Below are positions 14,901-29,400 of a stretch of 64,000 bases of DNA, piece after piece. The position numbers were made by a program, and so were the translations under genes. The stretch is taken from the NCBI GenBank assembly GCA_021613535.1, contig CP075496.1, positions 1,116,001-1,180,000 on the forward strand, in the 5' to 3' direction. The stretch is from Adineta vaga (taxonomy: Eukaryota; Animalia; Rotifera). The notes under the pieces are model-generated. The model did no database searches, was not told where the DNA came from, and saw nothing but the letters and a program-made list of their open reading frames with translations. Position 1 is the first letter of the stretch. Each line of letters opens with the position of its first letter.

Positions 14901-17900
14901 CAAGGTGATTTATTTTATGATGATGGAGACTCAATTGATACAATTGGAAGTAAATCATATTATTATTCAACATTTCAATGGTCATCAATGAAGAAACAAT
15001 TAACAATTGATATTATTGTGAATAATTATTCTCAAATGTCAAATTTAGTTTTAGATACAATTACAATTTATGGATTAAAACATATTCCAACAATAATTAA
15101 TGTTAATAATCAACAATTTATAGTTAAAATTCGACCATTTACTGAAATTGTCGATATAATCGGTTTAAGATTACCAATGAATCAAAACTATTCATTTACG
15201 TGGTCAAATACAACAAAGATTAATACCGAATTACCAGAATATATTCTTAAAGATCCCAAATATCGTGTCGATTGTTATCCTGATCCAGGTCGAATGTTTT
15301 TTTATTTCATTCGTAACAAGAAAACAAACTTGAACTTTCATTTTTTATTTTAGATGTAACAAGTAATGCATGTTTTGCTCGTGGGTGTGTTTATGATTCC
15401 ATAACACAATCAAACTATCCATCTTGTTATGTACCGATTGAAAAAGGTGGTTATAAAAGTTCAACAATTGAAAATCTATCAAATGCAATTACACAATATA
15501 ATCTTACACGTCTTTCACAAAAACCAATACTAGTTCCAAACTCAAAATTAAATATAAACTATCGTCGTGATCCACGAAAACCACCATCAAATCTCAAAGA
15601 AATTGTTACAACTGATCCAAATGAATTTTCTATGTATGGTCATGATGTCGATCATTTAAATCTTAAAGTTAGTGTATCAGGTACAGATATGATACGTTTA
15701 ACAATTCGTGATGCAGAAAAAGATCGATATGAAGTTCCAGTACCAATTCAATGGCAATCGATGTCTGTCCCGAAAATGACAACACCAAAAATTCAATTTG
15801 AAATGATTAAAACATCCTATGGACAAGCAGGATTTCGTATCAAACGTACAGATACGAATTCTATTATATTTGATACTTCTCTGTTTGCTCATGGGTTCGT
15901 TTACGATAATCAATTCATTCAATTTATTACAACTGTTCCTTCAACGAATGTTTATGGTAAATTCTTTCTCATTGATATATTCACTTTGAATTTACTTTTT
16001 TTTATAAAGGTTTCGGTGAAAATACTCATCCAACATTTCGTCATATCTTACAAAATTCTTCTCGTTATGGAATGTTTGCTCGTGATCAACCACCATTAGG
16101 ACAAAACGAAAATCTATATAGTACACATCCATTTTACATGTCAATTGAACGTGATGGACAAGCATTTGGTGTACTGATATTTAATTCTAATGCACAAGAT
16201 TATAAAATCGATGAATATGAACATGATCAATCTCGAATAACCTATCGAACAATTGGTGGAATATTAGATTTGTTCTTTTTTGCTGGACCAAGACCAGAAG
16301 ATGTTATTCGACAATATCAGTTAGTTATTGGAACTCCATTTATGCCTCCGTATTGGGCACTTGGATTTCAACTTTGTCGTTATGGTTATGATACACTTGA
16401 TAATATGAAAGCAGCGATGCAAAGAACTTTAGATGCAAAAATTCCCATTGATATTCAGTAAGAGAAAGAAGATTGCATTGCATTATTAATGAATTTGTAT
16501 TTAGATATGGTGATATTGATTATTTTCGTCAACAACTTGATTTCACTTGGGATCCAATACGTTTTAAAGGTTTACCAGAATATATTGATTGGTTACATAA
16601 ACAAGGAATGAAATTTATAACAATTCTTGATCCAGCAATTGACTCTGAAGAATCGAATTATAAAGTTTTTACTACAGGAGAAAAAGATAATATTTGGATA
16701 AAATGGCCGGAGAGACGAAATATTCAAGTTAATGAAACAAAAAATCGAAATATGCTTGGTTATGTTTGGCCTTATGGTTTGTTTAAGATTTCAATTTTGA
16801 AAAAAGATAAAAGAAAAACGGTTCGTATTACATTTAGGTAAAGCTGTATTTCCGGATTATTTTTATCCTCCAGCGAAAACTTGGTGGAAAAATCAAATAT
16901 TAGATTATCATAAAAGCATTCGATTCGATGGACTTTGGATTGATATGAAGTAAATTTGACGTGTTTCTCTTGTCATAATAATTCGATTTGAATAATTCTA
17001 GTGAACCAGCTAATTTTGATACAAATAAATTACAACCATGGAATTGGCCACATCCCGAACCATGGAATCTTCATTGTCCGATTGATGAAAAATTAGAAAA
17101 TCCTCGATATAAAACTGCAATTTTTGGTGATTATTTATCTGATAAAACACTTTGTATGATTGCTGAACAAACTGATGGCCAAGGAAAGATTTATAGTCAT
17201 TATGACGTTCATAATCTCTATGGTTGGTCAGAAACACTAGCAACATTACCAGCTGCTCAAGCAACAGAAAATAAACGATCAGTTGTTATTAGTCGATCAA
17301 CATTTCCCACATCGGGTAGTTATGCTGGTCATTGGTTAGGTGATAATACATCTGGTTGGCCACATTTAAAATATAATATTATTGGAATGCTTGAATTTAA
17401 TTTATTTGGTATTCCGTATATTGGTGCAGATATTTGTGGATTTTTAGAAAATCGAACAGAACAAATGTGTCAACGATGGATGCAATTAGGTGCATTTAAT
17501 CCTTTCTTTCGTAATCATAATGGTCTTCGATTTGCCGATCAAGATCCAGGAAGTTTCTCATCATCTGTTGTTGACTCAAATCGTCGTGTTGTCGAAACAC
17601 GTTATACTTTACTTCCATATTTATATACACTTTTTCATCGTGTTCATGTTTCCGGTGGAACTATTGTTCGTTCAATGGCACATGAATTTCCAACTGATTC
17701 AATTTGTTTGTCACTTGATGAACAATTTCTTTGGGGTTCACATTTATTAATTGCACCAGTTATTTATGAAAATCATACAATGAAAAATCTTTATTTACCA
17801 TCAAATAATGAACGATGGTTTAATTACTATACTGGTGAAGAACAATTGATACTTGGAAATCTAACTGTATCAGCTGATTATGATTATTTACCATTATTCT

Positions 17901-18322
17901 TACGAGGTGGAATTATTTTACCTCGACAAGCATCAGCTATGAATACAGTTAAATCACGATTAAATCCAATGAATTTAATTATTGCATTGAATAAAGACGA
18001 AAAAGCGGAAGGAACTTTATTTTGGGATGATGGAGAATCAATAGATACTTATGAGAAATCAATTTATAATTATTTCTATTTTAGTTATCATGTTCAAACT
18101 CTAACAATTCTTCCGTGGACTTTTACGTATGCAAAAATGTTTGAAGAAACGCAATTTGATGAAATTACTATCTATGGTTTAACTAATCCACCAAAAAAGA
18201 TTTACTTTAATTTAAAGAGAATATCAAGCAGTAAATGGATTTATGATTCAACGATGAAAGTTCTTAAAATGAAAAATTTAGCTTTAAAAATTGCTTCAAC
18301 ACATACCTTTCGATTTTCTTAA
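11997..18322 (+). CDS. Secreted double-GH31 alpha-glucosidase (maltase-glucoamylase/sucrase-isomaltase-like), each half preceded by a trefoil (P-type) domain
   Basis: Signal peptide, two RIDCYP/RVDCYP trefoil starts, two PYW[SA]LGFQL[SC]R, two WIDMNE catalytic motifs (~13590, ~16940), two HWLGDN acid/base motifs and two GADICGF. Confidence 0.95.
12459..12478. promoter_or_regulatory. Tandem E-boxes including a perfect CLEAR-type palindrome GTCACGTGAC in intron 1 of the GH31 gene
   Basis: CACGTG at 12459-12464 and GTCACGTGAC at 12469-12478, within a ~99-nt intron about twice the local typical length. Confidence 0.45.
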
Positions 18323-18735
18323 AATATTTATTCAGAAAACATATTTTGTGATTTCTAGACTTTGAATATAAAACTTACTGATGCTTTGTTTAGTATTAGG
18401 TACTGAAAAATATTCGAATATTTATCATTCATCTACTCGTTCAAGTTTATTTAATGATCTACCTCATAAAACTAATATTTTCGTTTCTTCTAACAACCAA
18501 CTCACGTCATTACACAGTGACCATGATCCCCTAAAGAAAGAAAGGAAGTAATAATACATATACATTCGATCAAAAAAAGTAAACAACAACTCATAACATA
18601 TCGATATAAAAACTATATTCACGATCATCACATTCATACACTGATTTTAGCGTCATAAACCATTTCTGGGGACTCATCATTTTCCAGTATACACTATCCA
18701 ACTCTCTTAGCCATTTATCGGAATCTCTTCTTCAG

Positions 18736-18819
18736 GCATTGATCACATTAAATCTCTCAAACAAGCTAATTCGATACGAAAGAGCACAGCATTTAGCTAA
18801 TGCATTATAGCTCAAAACG
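18736..18819 (+). pseudogene. Orphan 84-nt LRR exon (RNI/NLRC3-like 28-aa repeat) with an in-frame stop
   Basis: cag|GCATTG...AAAACG|gtag is exactly 28 codons: ALITLNLSNKLIRYERAQHLANAL*LKT. Confidence 0.7.
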
Positions 18820-20248
18820 GTAGTTTTCATTTAGAGCTTTTAAATTATTTGGTGATTGCTTGATAGTGGAATATTTTAGAATGAAGAATGGATTCGAAGA
18901 TTTTATTAGATAAAGTTTTGTTTAAAGATTCGTAAAATAGAACATTATGTTGTTTTTGTTTGTTCCGGTCAGTTCATTGATGTTGGAAAGTTTACAGTAT
19001 TTCTTGTTATGAAAGGATTAAAAAATTCAGAGACGTCCACTCTTATTCTAATTTAATAAAGTAATATAGTGCATTTGATATAATTATGAATGATTTTATC
19101 TTAATTTTGCTTCATCGGAGCAAAATCATGAGAGTGAAGTGATACGTAATATATATTGGATTCCAATAAACGTCCGATTATCTTACGAATTATTCATCTT
19201 AAATTCTCATAATGTGGTTATGATGATTTATTCCTATTTAATTAACTCTGGGCAAGTGCAGATATTAGTGAAAGACGGCATCTATTCCACATTCGCATTC
19301 AATTCTGTTTTTTCATCAATAATTAAGATTCTCATTAGCATGGAAGGTCATGTTTAGAACCGATTTTATTTTACTCATTAATATTCTGGATGAAAGTTGA
19401 ATAAAATATCAAAAATATATTTTGATTTGAACTGTTGTTAAAATAATGAAAGCAATTAGCTATTCTAAATTTCAAACCAATTTATGAGAAGAGAGAAAAA
19501 CTGATTTTTATACTGATCGAGTTGTGTAAAGATATTCATTCAAAGAAACAATTTGTGTTCATTTTGATAAAACAAAATGAGGTAATAAATGCAGGTAACT
19601 CTTTTTTTCTGTTATCAAAACTAGCTTTACAATATGTATGGCAAAATGTAAAGAGCTACGGATAACTCTGATTATCAAGGAAATCTAATCGGTCTAATGG
19701 AATTCAATAATTTTGGTCCAATTCTGAATACGATAAAACTATCTAAAGGTTTTTATTACATCATCAACTCATTTTGATATTATAATAACAAAAAATAAAT
19801 ATAGTAAATCGTAACAATGTTTACATAATGAAATTGAATATTATATTTAAATCCATTAACAAATACAAAAAAATTGTGCTGTATTTTATTTTCAGTAGAG
19901 CAGTGGATAAAAACCTTGATTGGCGGAAAAAATGACGGTCATAAGCGAGAAATAGAAACGCTCGAATCAAAAATGCTTTTCAATATAAACTATTTCTATG
20001 TATCATATATATATGTCCGAGTTCACTTTAAAATACGTGACTCTAACCTTGTTTACGGAATACCGGAGATCTAATAATAGAGTTAAATCCGTCGACGGTT
20101 AAGCGAGTCGTCTCGACGAACTTTGTTTGTTTATTTTCTCTTTGATAACTTATTTAGAATGAGAATCACAATAAATGACATTGATAAAAGACGAAAAAAC
20201 ATCGATAAATTGTATCACAAGACAAGAATAAACACAAAGAAAAAGAAA

Positions 20249-22889
20249 CTAAAAAGTTGAAAAATTCGAATTTACAGTTGATGAACAATTCGATATAGTT
20301 GGAACATAAATACGATAAAAAAATGAAGGTAAATTTCGAATATATGGCCAAGGAAGATTCATTAAACATTCACCTAAACGACGATTTAATGTTCGAAGTT
20401 GAGAAACAAGAAAAGCAATATCATAGAATTCAAATGGAAATTCATTACTATTATTCGATCGACGAGCTTAAAAAGAAGAGAAATTTACTAATCAAATGTC
20501 AATGAATTATTTACCTTGAGTATATTCTGAAAATGCTTGAACACATTCATATTGACATTTTGGCCAAGATTTTGTTTCTTCATTCATAATATTTAAATCT
20601 AAATGAAAAAAGAACATCATAAAATCATTCTTTTTCGTCTAAATTCGTTTTTCTGACTTGTTCGAGTGATAATCATCAATAAAAGAAGAGAAAATTCTTT
20701 TTCATCTAAATGTAATTCACGAATTTTTGATTCAAATGAACGAAAACCATTTTCAGCTTCTGTTAATTGTGGAACATGTGCATTGATTTCCATTGATAAT
20801 GTTGTTTCTGCTTGCCAATAATTCCAAATTAATTGATTATCACCATATGAAGATTTCATTGATAAAATTCGTGGTAACAATGTTACCATGATAACAGAAT
20901 GAATACATGATGAAATTACTTCATATTTCTCATACATATTATCAAAACCTAAATATAAAATAAAGAATCGACTATTTAGTTATTCATTCTCATTATAGAA
21001 GACAAGAGTTTATTTACCCGGAATGGTTTTTTGACAGAAATTCATTACTGCTTGAGCATAGAATATCATTTGAGAAGCCATTGTCCACCAAACTGTTTCA
21101 TGTGGAATGCATTGAGGTAGATCCTGTGTGAAAATAATGCAAAAATAAAACGAGAACGATCATCTTAAAACTTACCTTCAAATGCATTACATATGCATTA
21201 TGAACTTTTTCTATAAATGATTTTGTTGCAGGTGATAATTCAATATCAAGATCATTGTTCGAAGTACATACTAAAGTTGAACGAATCGAAAAGACAATTA
21301 GTTATATAATTCGATCAATTACCTCTAGTAGGTTTAGATTTTGTTTTTCGTCGTTTTGCCATCGATGCAATTCGTGCTGAATCAGTCACTGTTGCCATTG
21401 ATGTTGAACCATTTTGTAATTGTCGAATACTATTGTATTTATTTTTCAAATTTAAATCAATTTTTTAAGAAAAAAAAACTTTACCTTTCTTTGAAAAGAT
21501 TTGATTGTCGACCAATACGAGAAGCTAAAAATCAAAGAAATATATTATTGAGGTAGATACAAATCTTAACAAACCATCCATAGACATTCCAGCTTGAATA
21601 CATTTTCGAAATCGACATGCTCGACAAGTAATCTTTGATGTTGAACGTATTTCACAATTATTATTTTCAGCACATCGATATCTTTCAGGAGCATTTTCTT
21701 TAATTGATCGACGAAAAAAACCCTAAATAATTTATTTCTGATTACAGCCAATTTCTTCTTTTCAATCTTACTTTACAAGCTTCACATGTTACAGCACCAA
21801 AATGAATTCCTGATGCTGATCCACTACATACCAAACATGGTAATTTCTTATATAAATCTTCTGTTTTTGGTCCAATTGATTCTACAAATTCATAATCAAA
21901 ATTCGAAATTATTCACAAAAACAAAAGTTACCATGAGGTTTCATTCCAACAGTTAAACATTTCTGAAATCGACAATATTGACATTGAGTTCTTGATCGTT
22001 TTGTAATTGAACATGAAAAATCTCGTTGACATTTGTATTTTTTATTTCCATCACCTGTAGAAATTGAACGAAGAAAAAACTTCTAGAAAAAAAAAAGATC
22101 ATAACAAATTTCTAATCTTTGATCTCATTGATCAATATTCACTTTGCATGCTTCACATGTTATTGCTCTAAAACAAATATTCATAGTAAAATAAAAGAAA
22201 ATAAAATATCTAAATCTACCCGCAATGCCAACCCGATGCTAAATCACCACAAATTTGACAATGTTCATCTTCATTTAAATTTTGTGAAATCAAATGAGAT
22301 GAACAACTTGTTGTTTCTCGATGTTTCATATTTGGAAGAATCATTTGTTGATGTTGATTAAATGAATGTAAATATTGAAAAGAATGATCATTAAAATGAT
22401 TCGATGAACAAAAAGAATTTCGAACTGTTAACATCGGCATTTGAGAACAATCTAAATGATAAGAATCAGTAGGGATTTATTTGAATATCCTCCATGATGA
22501 ATCTGTACATAATTATATAAAAATCATGAAAGTTTTAATGACACTATTTAAAAGACAAAGACATTTTTTAATATTTAGTCTGACTTAAAATGCATTCTAT
22601 TCGTTGAAGCGAATTTTTGGATAAGAAATTTATGATTAAACATTAAGATAAACACTGGAAGTATGAAAAATGATATCTTACGATGGTAGTCTTCATCTTC
22701 ATCAAGATGTGATCTTTCATCTTGTTGATCATTTGTCATTATCATTGATGAATAAGGATTATTGTCTAAAATCGTTGATGAAGATGTTGCTATGATGCTA
22801 TTTGTACTTTCTTCATTCAGGCCTGGAGTATTTCGATTGTATTCAAATGAAGACGATGAAGGAAACATTGGTAGGAAATGATTCGACAT
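20249..22889 (-). CDS. Nuclear receptor with two tandem DNA-binding domains (2DBD-NR) and a divergent ligand-binding domain
   Basis: DBD1: [28 protein letters not shown]...[14 protein letters not shown], including a 25-nt micro-exon at ~22143-22167. DBD2: [28 protein letters not shown]...[17 protein letters not shown] segments FCQKTIPGF and [13 protein letters not shown]. Stop at 20249-20251. Confidence 0.92.
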
Positions 22890-23350
22890 GTTCAGAAGAA
22901 AATGTGTGACTTATTCAGAGATGCTATGACGATCAATAAAAAGATATTTATTCAAAGCAGAAGGTAACTTAGAAGAAAACTCTTTTCTTTTTTTTCTCTC
23001 TCTCTCTTTTGTTTGAACTTTTTTATGTGAAAGATATTTGTTATTATTTCTATTGGTGTTTGAACTTGTTAGAAAAGTCAATAGAAAAAGAAAGAAAAGT
23101 AAATAGAACAAATCGATTACAAACAATGTTTATATTAGACATTAAGAAAGACACTTTGAATTATTACGCAGATGTATTTTCATGGAATTAATTGACTGAA
23201 GACTTCTGTCTTACGTTTCATCAATTATTATCGAAATGATAGTTGAACGTATGTATTTATATTCAAATAAGGTAGCACTGTAACATGATGAAATTTTTCA
23301 AATGAATAATATTGTTTATTATCAACAATAACAAAACAAAAAAACGGTGA

Positions 23351-24755
23351 TTAAAGATGACCTTTTTTCTTCTTTTTTTTTGGTGGTTTTCTCATCTCTT
23401 CATCACTATCATCATCATCATCATCATCATTATCACTTGAATCTTCTGATAATTGTTCGTTGATTTCTTCTTGTTCTTGATTATTGGTTTCTAAATCTGC
23501 AAAAAACGAATTATTATCTCGTTTTTTTCCTTTCTTTTTCTTTTCATTTGAAGTAATTTTCAATTGTTTCGAATCAATTAATTGTAAAGTTTCCGGTGAG
23601 ATCGATGAACCAATCAAATAATTCGTATCACAAGATGTAGATAATGTTTGAATTGGCATCGTGCTTGTTCGACCGACAGTTGCCAAAATTCGATGAGGAT
23701 AAATACTAAGTGCACTAGAATAAAAGAAAACGAAATCAAAGAAGAAAAATCTCCAATCTACTAACCGTATTTTTCCATCTTCACATCCAGTAACAATCAA
23801 AGATTGATCAAGTACTCTTAAACATTCAATTCCACTTGAATGACAAGGAAATCGATCAGACATATTACCAAATTCTTTCCAATTAAAAAAGTAAAGAACA
23901 CCTTCTATTGTACTACAAACAACTTTTGTTCCATCCTAAAATATAAAACCCTTCAAATTTCTTTCTTCAATTATTTTCATATTTACTTTAACAATTTGAC
24001 AAGCAGTTAAATCACTATCCATTAATTCGGATTGAATTTGTAATTTCTTATTTCGAACATTATAAACCGTTAATGTTCCTTCTCCACTTGTTGTTAATAA
24101 TGTTCGTCGATCATTTGCACATGTTAACTCACTGATATAATCGTCACAATCATGAAATTCAGCTAATGGTTTCTTTTGTCTATAATCCCATAACTTTCGG
24201 AGTTTTTTTTTATAAATTTAAATTTATTCTAAATTGATGTTTTTCTCTTTACCTTAACATAACCATCATCATCACCAGTTGCTAAGACACAATTATCAAC
24301 GATACATAAACAATTTATTGGTGAACTAAATAAGAAATGATTTGTAAATTTCGTAAAAATCGATTAAAACAATCAATACTCATGTGCTCGAGTATATTTT
24401 GTAATCATTTTTCCCGTTTCAGTTGATCTTAGTTTGATAGATTTATCTTGTGATACGGTAATAATTGATTCACCATCTGGTGTCAATCCAATTGCTCGAA
24501 CTGATTTCTTATGAACTTTCATTGATCGTTCATTCGACATGGATTGTTCAGTTTCACCATCATTGATTTTGATCCTATTCAAAAACAGAATAACGAAAAG
24601 ATATTGAAAGAATTTTCTATTTCAAACCAATGAAGATGTCCTGATATTGCACCAGCAACGAATAGATTCGGAACAGTTGGATGAAATCGAGAAGACATAA
24701 TTTCCGATGGAAATTCAATTTCTGGTCCATCGTCAAATAATGATGCAGAAATCAT
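23351..24755 (-). CDS. WDR55: WD repeat-containing protein 55 (JIP5-like), multi-exon
   Basis: SRFHPTVPNLFVAG, LATGDDDGYVK, SGEGTLTVYNVR, QSELMDSDLTA, FNWKEFGNMSDRFP, and an acidic/basic C-terminal tail with FFADL. Confidence 0.85.
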
Positions 24756-25503
24756 GATGAGAATAATTTCAAAATCGAAATAAAATATGTGAATGAATGA
24801 AGGAAGAGAGTATGTGGATAGTTGTACATCGATTTATAATGCAATGAAAATTCTTCATAGATGTCCTTCTTAGTCGTATCAAATAGAAGAAGAACGATTA
24901 AACGTTGATCTGATAAATGTGTTAAATTATAAATCGACAAAAACACTTGTTCGTGATCAACTAATATTATAGATTTGATGTTTTCTTGCGGTAACTGAAC
25001 TTGAAGATTTTTCAGTTGTTGTACCTAAAAGTCAATATTTTCATAAAGAGTTGAATTATTTATTTATCAAGTCTGTTCATTAAATCAGCCAGTTTGTCTT
25101 TCTATGTATTTGAACTACTCACCAAAAAAAAGATAATGTATCAGAAATAATTTTCTATTAACCAATTTAAATCTTATATTCAGAAAAAGATTCATCTCAC
25201 TAACAATTATATTATGAATTTTTCTTATTTGTTTACTATTATCATGCCACTTTGAGAAAATTTATTGGTTTATGAGCATTGTCAAGTATTTTAATAAAGA
25301 ATTAACTTATATTCACACCTTATAGTATTAAGTCACAAAATATATTGACAAAAAAGAGCAAAAAAATCGAAGAGTTCTTTCATTATAACCCAACATGTGA
25401 AAGTAATCATCAATAACTATGTTCACCGTTGATCATTGAGTCATCTCTTCATCACATAACTATAATACAGCTCTAATTCTTCGTTAACAAATGTTTCTTT
25501 TAA

Positions 25504-26268
25504 ACCTCCGTGGATGTTCTCATTTTTTAACTCCGTAGTTGTTTAAGGGTCCGTCTGGACCCGCTTATGAAATTTCAGAAAAAACGAACATTTTAGCGTC
25601 ACTAGGGCTTTGCAACTGTGTCAGAAAGACATAGACGGTTCGATTTTTCGAAGGATATCATCGAATTTCTTGCTAGACACTGTAAGAGTGATTTGTACTA
25701 TAAATAAGGATTGAGTAACATCCTTTTCAAATGATGCCGACAAAAACTGACAGTTTTATAGATTGCGAACTGTTGTCGATGGGATGCTATACACTGTATA
25801 TTCATCACTAAATGAGTCGTCTGAGCTTGAAACAATAGGTTCATAATCATTATTATCGTGAATCAGATTCTAAATCTTCATTGACAGAATAATCACTTCT
25901 ATTATTATCTTTTAGTAAAATATATCCAATTGATTTTAATTCTAGTTTCAAAATTGGATTCATGCTATGTAAATAGAAAAATGTAAACATGAATGTTATT
26001 TTATCGTCTTACATTCAGCAACCAGAATAACTCTTCACAGAAAATCAAATATTTCACTAGCAATCAATGAAATGTGATCCTGACCGATAAAATGACTGAT
26101 TTCATGCACTTTTTACTAAGTATGAGTCTTTATTATAGGTAGCAAAGATGAAAATCAATCGCAAGAGATTAGATGTAAAAACTGATTGGAAACATAACCT
26201 CCTAAAATAGTATTTAGAAAAAAAGCTGTGAAGTGGGTCCTCTTGAACCCCACAACGTCAAGCGAGGG
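25504..26268 (-). mobile_element. Non-autonomous piggyBac-like element (~765 bp) flanked by TTAA
   Basis: TTAA at 25500-25503 and 26269-26272. Degenerate terminal IRs (ACCTCCGTGGATGTT vs CCCTCGCTTGACGTT) and internal GGGT..GGACCC palindromes sit 28 nt (left) and 3 nt (right) from the TIR, the asymmetric piggyBac layout. An acidic ORF remnant lies on the minus strand. Confidence 0.7.
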
Positions 26269-26456
26269 TTAACAATACCAATTGCAGTTGTTGGTGCAAT
26301 TACAGTTTTAGCTGTTGGAACAACAATTGTTGTACCAAGTTATGGAACATATCGTTTAATTAAACATATTCGATCAAAAAGATATGAACGTCAGCAAAGA
26401 CAACGAATAGAAGCAATATCAAAACAATGGACAACTAGTGATAGTCTTATTTCGAC

Positions 26457-29400
26457 CAGAGGTGAGCACAGGACAACATTTTTCATCCTGTCCTGCCTGC
26501 CGCTCCGCCACCACCCGTCCTGTGGTGCGGGCAGGACAGGACGAAAATTGGTCCCTCGCCTGCAGGACAGGACAGGCGCAGGACAGGACAGGACAGGTTT
26601 TTGGCAGGACACTCATGAATATTTTTAGTTAAAGAAGACATTGAATTTATCATGCATTCTTTTTACAACTCATCCCTGGATTATGAATATTACATCTATT
26701 TTTTTAATACGATGAGTTAAATAAATAAACACAAAAAAAAGAATGAACAACTATTGGAATAAACACGTATTATGAAAAAAAAGATATTATAGAAGACTCG
26801 AAGTGAAAATGACGTAACATTACGTATAAATAACTATTAGTATCAATGATATAAAATACAGGAGATATTAAGCCTATGTCTTTTAAGAACATATAAATAC
26901 AAATAATGAAAGCTCTTGTTCACAAATAAGACAATCATTGTTCAAATAAATGTTCGTATTTTCTCATTGATCTAATTAGTAAAATGTTGTCCAATTGTTC
27001 AGGATTCAAACTCGTTCTTCTTTCTTGTATAATTAAACCTGCTCCTGAAAATTGTCTTTCTACACTTGTAGAAGTAGCTGGTATTGAAAAAATACGACGA
27101 GCTAAACGAGCTAAACGAGGAAACTTCTCGTATTGATCAGTCCAGAACTTTAATGGATTGGATGATAATTTGAGTTTTTCTAACTCGAAATTCAAATAAC
27201 GATCAAGTTCATCCGATTTTTTTGATGAGATTGGATATTCTTCACTTTCATTGCCAGATTCACCTCCATCTTCTCGTCGAACATCAGATCCATCGGATTC
27301 AAATCGACGAAACAAATCACCTTTAAACTTCTTTGTTGTAGGTTCTTGTGCTTCTATATGATTTGATTCAGTTGATTCAATATGGATTAGCTGCATTTGT
27401 TGACGCACATATCTGTAACATTCAGCACGTTCAGTATAAGAGCAGGCTTTTAATGAACGATATTTGGGATTTAATAACGTAGCAGCATAATGTCTGATAT
27501 CAAGTTCAAACATTTCGTCCAATAAACCTCTCATTCGATTAAGAAAAAATTTTATACCTAGAGCACAAAAAATATTTATTGATATAATAGTTCGTCCCTT
27601 ACATACCTTCTAATTCTTCGAATAACTCGTCGTCTATCTCATTTGGTTCTTGTTCGGATTCATGTTCACCATTATTTTCGTGATAATTCACTAATGAATC
27701 GAATGATTTTAATACATCTCCTAATGTTTGTGTACATAGCAAGACTAAATGTAAAGATGGTGAATTACCAGTTTGAATTATTTTCATTACATCCTGAAAT
27801 GGTTGTAACAATAGCATAATTTGTTTGATTTTCTTCTCATCGACGTTGATGAATAGCTTCTGTTGCTGTTTATTGATCAAAATTTTCTTCATAATCTTAT
27901 ACGATTTCAATATTGATTTCAATGAATTCATGATTGATAACCAACGGACATCAATTGCTTGATGTACTGTTGATCCACCATTATTTTCGATCTCATTGTT
28001 CAAACCAGACTAAAAAGATTAAAAAATTCTTTTTTTTATTCGAGTAAACATTAGAAAATCATTATATCAACTTTTTTAATATATTTAACAATTTTTTTAC
28101 ATTGTTCCAATGTAGAAAGCACATATTTTGCTTCAACTGGAATATCATTAATTGACACACTTCGTAATGATTGTTTATTGATCGCTACTAATGTTGACGT
28201 ATTTGTTTTTCTCTTTTTTATAACCGGAATTGATGATAATGGTAAAATATATTCTTCATCATCATCGGATGATTCTTCACTTGAAAAAATACTTTTTTGT
28301 TCTTTAGAATTGAATCATTATTTGATGTTGTTGTTACTATTGTTGTTGTTACTGTCGTTGATGCTGATAAATCAGATTGATTTTTCTTCTTCTTTTGGTG
28401 ATGAAAGAATGTTGTTTTTAATACGTTGTTCAAACGATGACCGAAACAGAAAATAGGACTATATGGTTCAAAAGCTTTGACAAAATTTGAACCTCGATCA
28501 GATATTATGTTCACCATAGCTAAATTATTAATACCAAATTCACTTAAATGAGATTCAAGGGCCTATAAAGTCAAAATCGAAAATACGATGTATTGAAAGA
28601 GTAATCTTACTTTTACAACTAAATCAGCTGATTTAATACCAAGAAAAGGTCGACAGAATAAATCTATTGAATAAAATCGATATTGAGCATCAACAAAACA
28701 TATATTCAGTCCTAAATAGGCAATATTTTTGTACGGATCTGTCCAAAAATCTGGACATATAGTCACGGAACGATGTTGAAGTGGTTCACGTAGTTTATGT
28801 TTTATACATTCTCTAAGACAATCTGCAAGATGATACACATTTCGAGATAAAGTGTGACGGCTTCGTAAAACATTATCGATATCAATTACACCATATTTGT
28901 GTCCTGAAAATCAATTCAAAACACTATTGATTTTGGTTCAATAAAAATAAGATAAAGTAACATACCAATTCGAATTAGTTCTTGAGCTATACTACGAAAT
29001 CCTGAATCTTCTATGATTGAAAATGGACGAAGATCTGTGCTGATCCACTGAGTACATAATAGCTTCATATGTTCAGCATCCTTTTCACTTAATTTTTTCG
29101 ACTTTAGGAATCCATGTTGAGTAAGAATACTTTGTGCCGACGATGATGAAGAAGAATGATCAATTTCAATGGAAGAAGCTAATGGTAATGATGACAATCC
29201 ACCAACTGATCTACATTTCATTTCATGAGCTTTTAAACGAGTTGTTCCACTTTTTGAAGAATAATTGAACGTTTGATAACACTTGAAACAACTAACATGT
29301 CCGACAATTCGTTGATATTCATTATTTTCATCTAATTTAGCAGGAAATCCAAATGTATTCCACCAGGTTGCTCCAGATGATGATTCGTTTTTTACTACTT

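Noticed and set aside
19890-20125. GC-richer patch with palindromes CCGTCGACGG and TCGTCTCGACGA, possible Helitron/MITE end
   Set aside because: No matching terminus, TSD or CTRR end identified.
26520-26610. Short-repeat array superficially like a CRISPR
   Set aside because: Pentamer repeats without unique spacers, in a eukaryotic transposon end.
26391-26632. Several overlapping Cys/Arg/Gly-rich ORFs (also 29645-29981)
   Set aside because: They are translations of the CAGGA pentamer subterminal repeats of the hAT element.
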